Made by a program: the position numbers and the translations under genes. A stretch of 64,000 bases of DNA, from NCBI GenBank assembly GCA_963717525.1, contig OY970343.1, positions 224,001 to 288,000 of the forward strand, written 5' to 3'. Position 1 is the stretch's first letter. The number at the start of each line of letters is the position of its first letter. The notes under the pieces were generated by a model, which saw nothing but the letters and a program-made list of their open reading frames with translations, had not been told where the DNA came from and searched no databases. The DNA is from an uncultured Methanoregulaceae archaeon. GTDB lineage: Archaea > Halobacteriota > Methanomicrobia > Methanomicrobiales > Methanospirillaceae. Shown piece after piece: positions 10,397 to 20,695 of this stretch.

Positions 10397-11008
10397 ATGG
10401 ATCTGCAGGAGCTTCTGGACAATATCCTGAAGGGATCGAAGTACCTGGGCACGTTTACCCTTGCCGATATGCTCATGTTTGCATCATCCCGTCACCTGCA
10501 TGCCCTTGCCGTGGCAAAAGAGGAAAACCGCCAGTTTTACCTTGCTTTCCTTAACGGTGAACCTGAAGGGGCAATCTATATAGATACCGAGGGAGCGCTT
10601 TTTGGCGACAATGCGGTCGTATATATCCGTGAGGGCAGGCAGTATGTCCTCTGCGATGTGAAACAGGAGATCATCGATGCCCTTGCCATGGGATGCCGGA
10701 TCTTTGAAAAGGGGCATATCCGGAAAAATATTACCTATTCGGTGCCGGAAATAGGGAAAAAAAGCAAGGGGATCGGGGTGGTCAGCGTGGCCGTCCTCCG
10801 GGAAAAAAACCCGCAGAACGGCGTGCGTGTATCTATCAGGAAAGACGGCAAGATCGTGGGCAGCGATGTTACCACAGGTAACGGGGAGGTCAGTTTCCGG
10901 GTGATGTACGGGGACTATACCTGTCTTGTTCAGGACCGGTCCCAGGTCGTGACGCATTTTACGATAACCTTTGACGAATCCCATACGGCCCATATCCTGG
11001 ATCTTTAA
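10397..11008 (+). CDS. Hypothetical protein: PATAN/DUF2226-like N-terminus + carboxypeptidase-regulatory-like beta-sandwich C-terminus
   Basis: FYLAFLNGEPEGAIY resembles the PATAN core; VRVSIRKDG..TTGNGEVSF...GDY resembles CarboxypepD_reg. Confidence 0.6.
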   Translation: MDLQELLDNILKGSKYLGTFTLADMLMFASSRHLHALAVAKEENRQFYLAFLNGEPEGAIYIDTEGALFGDNAVVYIREGRQYVLCDVKQEIIDALAMGCRIFEKGHIRKNITYSVPEIGKKSKGIGVVSVAVLREKNPQNGVRVSIRKDGKIVGSDVTTGNGEVSFRVMYGDYTCLVQDRSQVVTHFTITFDESHTAHILDL

Positions 11009-11118
11009 TGACCGTCTGGACCTGATGTGGCGTTTCATCTTTTTTTTACTTACCGTCGGAACTCCCGCCCGGAACCAAGACGAAATCCTTTAATTATATA
11101 ATAGCAGACTGATCGCTC

Positions 11119-12228
11119 ATGAAGATCGGACGAGAAGACTTCGAGGCGCTCATCAAGGGTGAGAAGGACATCACCCCTTATATCGAGCTTGACACAGTGG
11201 CAGGTTCCTACTCGGTTTTCGGGGTGAAAACGGCGAGCAACCCCAATTACCTGATAAAAGCCATCTACGAGATGTATGAGGGACACCTGAACAAGAAACT
11301 GGCTGTGAAGGCAGTACGTAAGCTGTTCCGGTCGGTTGGCCTGGGATCCCTTGGCCTGTACAATCTCCTGAAAAAATTCGGTATCGAACTGTCACCTGCA
11401 GATTTCCTCCTTTTAGTCTTCAAGCTCCAGCACCAGCAGGGATGGGGTGCCCCGTTCGAACTCATCGAGCAGAGTGAGAAGAGGATTGTCCTGCGCACAA
11501 AACATACCTTCGAGTCGGAGATCCTAAAAGACTGGAAGATACCGGTCTGCGGAGTTCACATGGGATGGATCGAAGGGGTAATGATGGCTGTAACCGGTAA
11601 GAACTGGTACTGTCTTGAACGCAAGTGCGTGGCAAACGGCGACGACTGCTGCGAGTTTGTTGTCGACCAGGTAGACCCCAGCTGGAAGTTCAAGGCACAG
11701 GCCGTGGTCAAAGGCGATTCTGCAATTACCGAATTTATCGACCACCGGCCTGTGGAGGGGACGATCAAGCTGATCGATGACCCGGTGGTTATGATGCCGA
11801 GGTTTGTCTTCACGTCGATGATGAACTCCCTTAAAAAGACGATGGGCGAAATGCCGGCGGGCGGGGTGAACTACCGGGCCTACATGGATATGGGTAAGGA
11901 GAACGTCGAACACTACAAGAAGATGGGTGTCACCCAGCCAAACACGCTCTCTGATATGGCGTTTACCTTTTATTCCCAGATGGGCTGGTTCCACCTGGTC
12001 AAGAGCGAATGGAACGAGGCGAAGAAGGAAAAGACCATTACTCTGGAACATACGGTTGAATCCGAGGCGTTCGGGAATACCGGAAAGAATGTCTGCTACT
12101 GTACGGCCGGTCTCCTCGCCGGGATTATCGAGGGATCGTTTGGGATCAAGGTACAGTGCCGTGAAATCAAATGCCGTTCGAAGGGAGACGAGTTCTGCGT
12201 CTTTACGGTTACCAACAAGGCTGAATAA
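11119..12228 (+). CDS. Tandem V4R (4-vinyl reductase-like ligand-binding) domain protein
   Basis: Two copies of GWG/GWF...C...G.I.G...E.KC...GD..C.F. Confidence 0.88.
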   Translation: MKIGREDFEALIKGEKDITPYIELDTVAGSYSVFGVKTASNPNYLIKAIYEMYEGHLNKKLAVKAVRKLFRSVGLGSLGLYNLLKKFGIELSPADFLLLVFKLQHQQGWGAPFELIEQSEKRIVLRTKHTFESEILKDWKIPVCGVHMGWIEGVMMAVTGKNWYCLERKCVANGDDCCEFVVDQVDPSWKFKAQAVVKGDSAITEFIDHRPVEGTIKLIDDPVVMMPRFVFTSMMNSLKKTMGEMPAGGVNYRAYMDMGKENVEHYKKMGVTQPNTLSDMAFTFYSQMGWFHLVKSEWNEAKKEKTITLEHTVESEAFGNTGKNVCYCTAGLLAGIIEGSFGIKVQCREIKCRSKGDEFCVFTVTNKAE

Positions 12229-12458
12229 ACCGCGGAGGCAGCTCATGTGCGGCCTACACCGGCCTGCTCCCTGTTTTTCCCGCCCCTTGTTGCAGTCTTC
12301 CTGCCCGGGGATGGGAGAGACAGATTTTTTTGACTCTTTTTCTCATTGGGAGAGATGCACCGGGTGACAAACAGGAGCCGCGAAAGATTTTTATAAAAAA
12401 GAAAAATCTATCTTTAAATACTCTTATCTCGTATTGTTAAAACGGAATATTCATCCCG

Positions 12459-13259
12459 GTGAAAGCCATGGCCTCGCCAGTCCAGATCCTGATTGTGGAA
12501 GATGATGAGATCATCTCCAACCTCATTGGCGTGATCCTTGAAAAGAAAGGATATGCCGTTGCCGGCAAGGTTACGACTGGCGAAGATGCCATTATGAAGG
12601 CTGCAGAATATCAGCCGGATCTTGTCCTCATGGATATCAGTCTTGCCGGCACGCTGGATGGCATTACCGCAGCGCAATACGTTTACTCTATCTTTCGCAT
12701 CCCGGTGATCTTTCTGACCGGCCAGTGCGACGATTCAATACTCGCCCGGGCAAAGGCTGCAGAACCGTACGGATTCATTCTCAAGCCTTTTACCTCAAAC
12801 GAGATCGTATCAAACATCGAGATCGCCTTATACAACCACAGCATGCGCAAACGGTATTTTGACAAGGCCGCCCTGTGGGATATGAAGAAGATCATGGCTG
12901 CCCTCGAATCGGTGATCATAACAGACATCAAAGGCCGTATCATTTTCTTAAACCCGTATTCCTGCAGGCTGCTGGATGTCCTGGAGAAGGATGCGCTGGC
13001 ACAACCTCTCCGGAAGGTGCTAATCCTCGTAAACAAGCAGACCGGGGAACGGATCAACGACCCGGCACTAGATGTACTCCGTGACAGAATTGCAGTCAGT
13101 TATGATCTCAATACGGTCGTTGTGTCGCTCGCGAACAAGAAACGGTTCGTCGCTCTCACGGCACGCCCGGTGAAAGACGACAAGAACGACATGATCGGTG
13201 TGTCAGTTCAGATTCGTGAAAAGACCCTGACCGAGATCAAGATGGCAGAAAAGGTCTGA
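12459..13259 (+). CDS. Response regulator REC + PAS
   Basis: ILIVEDD, DLVLMDI, PVIFLT, KPF; PAS VIITDIKGRIIFLN. Confidence 0.92.
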   Translation: MKAMASPVQILIVEDDEIISNLIGVILEKKGYAVAGKVTTGEDAIMKAAEYQPDLVLMDISLAGTLDGITAAQYVYSIFRIPVIFLTGQCDDSILARAKAAEPYGFILKPFTSNEIVSNIEIALYNHSMRKRYFDKAALWDMKKIMAALESVIITDIKGRIIFLNPYSCRLLDVLEKDALAQPLRKVLILVNKQTGERINDPALDVLRDRIAVSYDLNTVVVSLANKKRFVALTARPVKDDKNDMIGVSVQIREKTLTEIKMAEKV

Positions 13260-13307
13260 TACAATCCCCGTTTTCTCATCCTGAAATAAAAATTATAAAA
13301 AGGATAG

Positions 13308-14108
13308 TTATTTTTTATCTGATTTCTTTTTGAAGAGTGCCTTTGAGAACCGGTCGATAAAGCCTTCACGGGGCACCTTGGCCGGGGTGTCCTCCTTATA
13401 CGCCACGCCAATGAGATCTGACGCAATCCGGTGGATTGCCTTTGATGCGGGTGAATCCGGGTAGGTAACTACAATGGGAGAACGCGCGGCTGCGGCTCTT
13501 CTCACGTTAGTATCCTCCGGGATAATTCCAAGAACTTTTACCCCGAGTACTTTTTCCATCTTACGGGAGATGACGTCGCTCTTGTCCTGGTCGACACGGT
13601 TGATGATGGATCCAAGGACATGTCCTCCGACAACTTCTGTCAGGATCTTCGTCTTGAGTGCATCGACAATAGACGACAATTCGGGATTGACCACGAGGAT
13701 AACTTCGTCGGCCACGGCAAGCGGTACGACACCATCCTTGCTGATCCCGGCAGGTGCATCGATCAAAAGGAATTCGCACCTTTTTACAATTTCAGAGAGA
13801 ACGTCCCGGATCTTGTCCGGATCTGCCTGCTGGAAGCCCTGGAGAGAGATGCCGCTCGGGATGACCTTGAGTCCGCCCGGTCCCGGGTAGATCCCATCCT
13901 CGATATTATTTTTTCCGGCAAGAATTTCGTGCAGGGTTACCGGTGCATCCTGCAATCCCAGAATCAGGCCGACATTTGCCATGCCGATATCGGCATCCAT
14001 AAGGTAGGTTTCCTTTCCCAGTTTGGCAAGCATCGTTCCGAGATTGACAGAAACGGTGGTTTTACCTGTACCTCCTTTTCCGGATGCAATTGTGTATACC
14101 TTAACCAT
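13308..14108 (-). CDS. minD: MinD-family ATPase
   Basis: Deviant Walker A SGKGGTGKTT, DADIGMAN, IDAPAG, C-terminal amphipathic helix GFIDRFSKALFKK. Confidence 0.93.
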   Translation of the reverse strand: MVKVYTIASGKGGTGKTTVSVNLGTMLAKLGKETYLMDADIGMANVGLILGLQDAPVTLHEILAGKNNIEDGIYPGPGGLKVIPSGISLQGFQQADPDKIRDVLSEIVKRCEFLLIDAPAGISKDGVVPLAVADEVILVVNPELSSIVDALKTKILTEVVGGHVLGSIINRVDQDKSDVISRKMEKVLGVKVLGIIPEDTNVRRAAAARSPIVVTYPDSPASKAIHRIASDLIGVAYKEDTPAKVPREGFIDRFSKALFKKKSDKK

Positions 14109-14194
14109 CAAACACCTGTTGTCGTCCTGCTTATTATTATCCTCTGCAATTATACGTATTGTGGAATATTTTATTTATGTGTTTCATATTCGTG

Positions 14195-14764
14195 TTATAT
14201 CCACCAGTTTAAAATATCTTTTGTCTCTCGTACCATATCAGGATCGGGTTCCTGCACGAGAAGATCCTTTGTCTTAGCTATTCCCACCAGAAAGGATCCC
14301 TTGTGCTCAAAGCCAAACAGCATGACTCCTGGGGGTCGAGGCTGCACATTTTCCGCATACATCCCGGCGTATCGTGCAACCGCATCAGCGGAAGGTGTTT
14401 TTTGAGATGATGCGAGCAGCAGGCCATCGGAAGTGGCAAGGGTAATTTCGTCCAGTGAGTATTTTTCCGCAAGAGCCGCAAGACTCGCCCTGAGATCCGC
14501 ACTTCCCTTGAGACAGTCGATCTCCTTTGGCCGGGGAGCGGATACAAAGACCGTATCCTGATCGAAAGAGCCGTCCGGGGCGTTTAACGGGATTTTCTGT
14601 ACTCTCAGGGGAGTCCGGGACGGGTCGAGGGAAATTTTACGGGGATGGCCCTTTGCCCCGGACCGTAATTTTATGAGGACGAGTGCGGCTGCAATGCAAA
14701 AAATGACTGCAATAGCCACGCCAAGGAGCAGAATTGTATCATCGATACCAAAGAGAATCGACAT
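14195..14764 (-). CDS. Membrane-anchored protein with degenerate Roadblock/LC7-like C-terminal domain
   Basis: N-terminal TM; ITLATSDGLLLAS is a Roadblock signature. Confidence 0.65.
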   Translation of the reverse strand: MSILFGIDDTILLLGVAIAVIFCIAAALVLIKLRSGAKGHPRKISLDPSRTPLRVQKIPLNAPDGSFDQDTVFVSAPRPKEIDCLKGSADLRASLAALAEKYSLDEITLATSDGLLLASSQKTPSADAVARYAGMYAENVQPRPPGVMLFGFEHKGSFLVGIAKTKDLLVQEPDPDMVRETKDILNWWI

Positions 14765-14785
14765 CTTCCCGGCACCTTCAGGTTT

Positions 14786-15495
14786 TTAGTCCTTGTCCAT
14801 CAGGTGGTCAAGGCGGAGATGTTTTACCATCGTTTTGCATTCATCCCTGATCTTATCGGTTACCTGGTCGAGGTTCATTGAATTCAGTGTGTCCAGATCA
14901 TTCTCAAAATCTGTTTTTCCGGTCTCTTTTACCGGAGCTTCCGGTTCTTTTGGCCCCGGTCTTTTATCTGCCCGGAATGATGGAGGGGGAACGGTGACAG
15001 GATTTTTCGGGCCAGCGAGGGACCGGGGGGTCTTTTCCGGTGAACGTGCCACAAGTTTTGATACTTCTTCGCTTGGGGGGGCCGGGGTTGCTCCCTGTGA
15101 CGGGCTGGTTTTTTTTGCCATTACGTGGGGAGCTGTGGGTGGCGGGGGATGTACCGCTTTCTGGGGGGGGGAGGTTCGCGGGGGGCTTTTATGACCTTCT
15201 CGGACTTGTTGAATTCCAATGATAACTGAATCTGAGCCTCATCCAGGGTCGAGAGCGCAGCATCAATGGCCTCGCCCGCATTGGACATAAGGAGGCTTTC
15301 GAGTGCGGCATCACCCTTGGACGTGGTGTACTCTGCAAGAATACACTTTCCAGATTTCAGCACAAGTGTGCAGATGCCCTCCCGGCATGAAATGCTGCAG
15401 ATCCCGGAGAAACGGCTCCGCTCAAGTTCAGCGAGGAGGTCTCCGGCCTTCTGGTTCTTCTGGATCTCGCGGAATGTACCGCGGGGCAGTTGCAT
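14786..15495 (-). CDS. PATAN/DUF2226-like domain protein with Pro-rich linker (frameshift in C-run near 15183)
   Basis: MQLPRG...FSGICSIS...LVLKSGKCILAEY; removing one C joins ORFs 15121-15495 and 14786-15121. Confidence 0.7.
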
Positions 15496-16084
15496 GATCT
15501 CTCTAATGATTGCATTCCAGTATATAGTTTCTTTTCTGGCACCCGGAATTGTTATTCCCCCTGTAACCAGAGGTACAAATACCAGCCCCTGTCAGTAACC
15601 GGCCTTTTTACCTGGGCACTACATGGTCCTGTTGAAACTCTTCGCTATCGACATCGTTATTGGCGGAGAGGACCCTGCCTGAAAACGGTGTGAACTGGTC
15701 TTACCATTTTCTGCTAAAAAAAATCCGGGGAAATATTTTTCGGGACCGGAAAGAAGAGGTCACCTCATATCTGGCACGTGGATGTACATCCCGCTCTTTT
15801 TTTGCTGCCGACAGGTCTGCCCACCCGGATCGCGATTTTTCCGGGGAAATCCCGGCCCGCTGTTTTTGCAGGACAGTCTCTTGCCAGGCTTTTTTATTTC
15901 AACGCGTCAGGTTTGCACTGACTTTTCGCTCATAGGAGTTTTCTTGGGTGCTCTCATCCCTGCCTTTGTGGGGCCGGGGCTCTAATGGCTTTATTTTTTG
16001 TTTTTGTGGATTATACCAGCACATTCTCCGGAAAAATACCCCAATCTATTAATAGAAAAAAGACAAGAAAGTCACAATTATTAA

Positions 16085-16450
16085 ATGGGTGAGATTGTGG
16101 TGATGCTCAAGCCGTTGTTAGAGGAGTTTCTGAGAGTTGAAGGGGTATCTGCTGCAGTGGTGGTAGGAAGAGACGGGTTCGTGATCGAAAGCGCAGTGTC
16201 CGGCAAGGTAGATATCGAGGCGCTTGGCGCTATGGCCTCAACCGGCCTTGGAACATCCGAAGCGATGGGGAATACTTTGGGGAAAGGCGAGCTCTCCCAG
16301 ATGCTTGTTGAACTGGAAAAAGGGCCTATTATTCTGGCCCCCCTGTCTGCGGATGAACTGATTGCGCTGGTGGCAGATACAACAGCAAATATCGGCAGGA
16401 TTCGTTATGAATTAAAGAAGAACAAGGAAAGAATCGTCGCGGCTCTCTAG
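16085..16450 (+). CDS. Roadblock/LC7 (MglB-like) protein
   Basis: GVSAAVVVGRDGFVIES, EALGAMAS, ANIGRIRYE. Confidence 0.92.
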   Translation: MGEIVVMLKPLLEEFLRVEGVSAAVVVGRDGFVIESAVSGKVDIEALGAMASTGLGTSEAMGNTLGKGELSQMLVELEKGPIILAPLSADELIALVADTTANIGRIRYELKKNKERIVAAL

Positions 16451-16475
16451 ATCCATTATTTATCGGGCTATTTTT

Positions 16476-17217
16476 ATGAAACTGCCGGCAGGGACACAGG
16501 GGGGTGTCGTTCTCGATCCGAAGAATGAGGATATGGTTGAGCACCTCAGGACATTCCGGGGTGCTATCGAGATTGATACCGGCCGGGGAAAGGGATTTAT
16601 CCTCATGCGTAACGGCGAACTGGTTGCTGCATACTTCGAGGACAAAGACGGTGTTTACCGGGGGGGCGCTGCGGTACGATGTATCATGGCCACCCCGGAG
16701 AGTAACAGGAGCGAGCACCAGCAGAATTTTGTCATGAGATCTGTACAATGAGGAGGATTACGCAGAAGCGCTGGACATGTGCACTCAGGACAGTCTCTTT
16801 ATCGGGAATGCTTTGCCGGTGCATGACGCAGCTCCTTATCCTCCAAAGAGCCCCGGTGCATCCAGGTCTCCTTCCTGCATCGTAAATGAATCAACCCTTG
16901 GCAAGATCATGAGTCAGCCGGGGGTTGTTGCAGTTTCTGCATTCTATGAAGGATTTCCGGTCCTCTCCCTGGGAGAAGCGGATTTTGAGCATGTGGCAGC
17001 TAGGGCCGAGGATTTTCTTCGGGCCGGAACCGGGATAGCCCAGGATATGAACCTCGGTCAGCCCGGCCAGATAATCCTCGAAACAGCAGAGAACAAATTT
17101 ATTATCGTTCCCTGCGGAGACCTTTTTCTCTGTATTATCACCCGTGCAGATGCCCAGCTCGGTCTCATGCGGGTCCTGATCAGGAGCATCCAGAACGAAG
17201 TGGGGCGTGAAACATGA
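16476..17217 (+). CDS. PATAN/DUF2226-like + Roadblock fusion protein (frameshift near 16743)
   Basis: MKLPAG...FRGAIEI...GFILMRNGELVAAYF; C-terminal GVVAVSAFYEGFPV...IILET...DAQLGLMR; removing one base joins the two ORFs. Confidence 0.75.
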
Positions 17218-17337
17218 CCGGCCCGGTGCGGTTTATAGGGGAAGGTTTTTCCAGCATTGTGTCAGAGAATACATATAGTCCGAGATAAGAAGAATCTTTT
17301 ATAAAAATACCGGGAGCGGTTAACACCAGACAGGGGG

Positions 17338-19778
17338 ATGTTCAGATTGAAATCACATGATGATGATGAAGTCCATGACGATATAAGCACCCTTCTTAAA
17401 AAAATCCGGGGTATACAGGCACCGGAAGACGAATCGGCCGGGCCTGTTGTGGCACCACCCCCTGAAAAGAAGCCCGGGGGGAGGAATCTGATGCAGGAAG
17501 CGCTGGTGATTTTTCCGCTCTTATAAAAAAACTTGGCGTGAATAACATCGGTACACCTTTTGGGGCTGAGCCGGAACCTGCCCCCGCCAAGGATACAGCT
17601 CCCCCCGGTAAATCCCCCCTTCAAGGGGAAAAACCCGACAGTCTTTGATGACCTGCTTGAAGATCTTCCTCCATCAAAACCGTTCCGGAATCTCCTGCGC
17701 TGAGCAGCGATGATGTACGCGTAGCGCTGGGTAAGATCATGGGACAGACTGAACCTGCCCCTGCGCCCTCCACGCCTCCCGGAGAAAAACCCGTACCTCC
17801 GGCAACTGAACCCCCTAAGGAACAAACAGTTGAAATCGTTGAAGAAGATCCCCACGCACACCGGGCTTCTGAATTCTTCAAGAAAAAAAAGGCAGCAAAA
17901 AAAGGAACCGAACCCTTACCTGTTGAAGATATCGCGGTGAGCGATACGGACGAGCGGATCATCTCCGCAGACCAGATTTCCGAGTTTTCGGGACTGATCC
18001 TCCCCAAGGGAGCCACCTTCCAGATTGACGAGATTAACCTTCATGGCAGGGTAAATGCTTTCGGGAGCACCGGCACCGGTACCCTCCCCCCGGAACTTGC
18101 TGATATCTGGAAGCGGGAATTTTCGACCGCCGAATTCAAGGATTTCGAATCCGAGCTGACCCTTGAAAAGGAAAAACCAGACCAGGGTACGGCAAAGAAG
18201 TCCAGATTTGCCGCTCTTTTCAGTGCCATACGATCAGAAACCGTCGACTATGATCCCAAACTGCATGGACCTTTGGTAGATCTCTCCTTTGATTCAAAAC
18301 CCGGTGTCGAAGTGATGGAGATGTACCCGGTAAATGAACCCTTTGCCTATGTCCGGGTCATCTATGACCATGCTACCCATGAATATACCTATCAGGTTAT
18401 CGAACCTGTCCTATCAGAACCTGAAAAAGACCTGCTGAAAGAATTAAAAGAGCGCCTCTTTGAGACGCTTGATATCAATACCAAGGATATATCAAAGGAC
18501 GAAGCCCGGATTCAGCTCAGGCATTCTGTCGATGATATCCTTGCCGATTTTGGGATAAAGCTCAACCCGGTCCAGCGTGAGAAGATCCTCTATAATATGC
18601 ATAAGGATTTCCTGGGGGACGGCCTGATCGATGCGATCATGCATGACAAGTACATCGAGGATATCTCCTGCGACGGGGTCAACACACCTCTCTTTGCCTT
18701 CCATGCCAGTTACGAATCGATGAAGACCACTCTGATGTACCACAATGCAGAGGAGCTCGACTCGTTTGTCACAAAACTCGCCCAGCGTGCCGGCAAGTAC
18801 ATCTCTATTGCCGAACCTATCCTCGATGCCACCATGACCGATGGCTCCCGTATCCAGATGACCCTCGGGCAGGAAGTGACCGCCCATGGATCCACCTTCA
18901 CCATCCGTAAGTTCAAGGACGAACCGATCACCCCGACCGATCTCATCGAGTGGCACACGTTTGCCCCCCTTTCGGTTGCATACATCTGGCTTGCGGTCGA
19001 GAATGGGAAATCTGCAATCTTCGCCGGGGGAACGGCATCCGGTAAGACCACGTCGTTAAACGCGATCTCCCTTTTCATCCCCCCGATGGCGAAGATTGTC
19101 AGCCTCGAAGATACCCGTGAAGTGAAGCTCCCCCACCCCAACTGGATCCCTAGTGTAACGCGGGACTCATTTGATACGGCAGGACGCGGGGAGATTAACA
19201 TGTACGAACTCCTCCGTGCCGCGATGCGGCAGCGGCCTGAGTATATCATTGTCGGGGAAGTCCGTGGCAAGGAATGCCAGACGCTCTTCCAGGCGATGAG
19301 CACCGGCCATGTCACGTACTCCACGATCCACGCGGATTCGGTATCGAGTGTCGTCCACCGTATCGAGAACCCCCCTATGGATGTTCCGCGGAACATGCTC
19401 TCGGCACTCGATATCGTCTGTATCCAGGTACAGGCCCGGATGGGTGGAAAACGGATCCGGCGGAACAAACAGATTGTCGAGATCCTCGATATCGACCCGC
19501 GGACCAACGAACTGATCACAAACGAGGTCTTCAAGTGGCGGTCGGCGACCGATGAGATCACTTACTCGGGGAAGTCCTATATCCTTGAAGATATCATGGA
19601 GTCGCGGGGCTGGAACGAAAACCGGATGCGGGAAGAACTCAAACGCCGGCAGGAAGTGCTTGAGTGGATGCGCCTCAAGAAGATCCGGCATTACAAGGAT
19701 GTTGCCAAGATCCTTATCTCGTATTACCGGGAACCCGAAGTGGTTGTCGAGCGTGTAAGGAAGGACCTGTATGAATAG
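17338..19778 (+). CDS. Type II/IV secretion (type IV pilus assembly) ATPase, FlaI/PilB-like, with long acidic/Pro-rich N-terminus (indels in 17470-17680; intact ORF from 17739)
   Basis: GGTASGKTT, SLEDTRE, RQRPEYIIVGEVRG, TGH...TIHA. Confidence 0.92.
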
Positions 19779-20694
19779 CTTTGAACGATTCTGTTTCAAC
19801 CTTCTGGGCATGCGGATGAAGGCGAGGCGTGAGCAGTACTCCCAGCTCCGGAACGACCTCATCTCTGCCCGGCTCAAAACCCCGTTTGAGGTGTATATCT
19901 CCACGGCAGTGGTCAGCTCCATCATCGTAGGTCTGGTCGCTGCGCTCGGATTGGGTCTTGTTACCTGGTTTTTAAAGATCCCCAACCTTATTCACTACAA
20001 AGGGGAGGTTCCGGCAACGATGCTCTTCCTCAACCAGTACGGTCTTTTGCTGGGGACCATTTTTGCCGTCGTCTTCTCCCTGCTGGTATTCGGAGGGATA
20101 ACGTATGCGATCTTTATTGTGTATCCCTCGGTCGAAGCCGGAAACCGGCGCCGGAATATCGATGCAAGCCTTCCCTATGCGATCAACTATATTACATCCA
20201 TGTCCACCGCCGGTATTACCCCGGCAGAGATCTTCCGCCTGCTGGGGGACAGCCCGATCTATGGTGAGAGCTCCGTGGAAGCACGGTATATCGCACGGGA
20301 GATCGACATCTTCGGGCGGGATCTTATTGATTCGCTCAGGATTGTCTCTTCGAGTACTCCCTCCCATCGGATGAAGGAGTTTTTACAGGGTGCGATGGCC
20401 AGTATTTCCAGTGGCGGTAACCTCACGGACTATTTCCGTACCAAGGCGAACCAGTACGCTCTGGAGAACCGCCAAACCCAGAAACTATTCCTGGATACGC
20501 TTGCGCTGATCTCAGAATCGTACGTGACGGCGATGGTGGCCGGCACGCTTTTTTTGATCATCCTTCAGTCGATCATGTCCGTCATTGGCGGAGATTCAAA
20601 GCCGATATTTCTCTATGTCGTCATCTATCTCATGATCCCCTTCGGCACAATGATGTTTATTATCATGATCAGTTCCATGACCCCGGAGACCTGA
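19771..20694 (+). CDS. Type II secretion system F (TadC/FlaJ-like) membrane platform protein
   Basis: IDASLPYAINY, TPSHRMKEFL, ESYVT; overlaps the ATPase stop. Confidence 0.9.
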   Translation: MNSFERFCFNLLGMRMKARREQYSQLRNDLISARLKTPFEVYISTAVVSSIIVGLVAALGLGLVTWFLKIPNLIHYKGEVPATMLFLNQYGLLLGTIFAVVFSLLVFGGITYAIFIVYPSVEAGNRRRNIDASLPYAINYITSMSTAGITPAEIFRLLGDSPIYGESSVEARYIAREIDIFGRDLIDSLRIVSSSTPSHRMKEFLQGAMASISSGGNLTDYFRTKANQYALENRQTQKLFLDTLALISESYVTAMVAGTLFLIILQSIMSVIGGDSKPIFLYVVIYLMIPFGTMMFIIMISSMTPET

Positions 20695-20695
20695 T

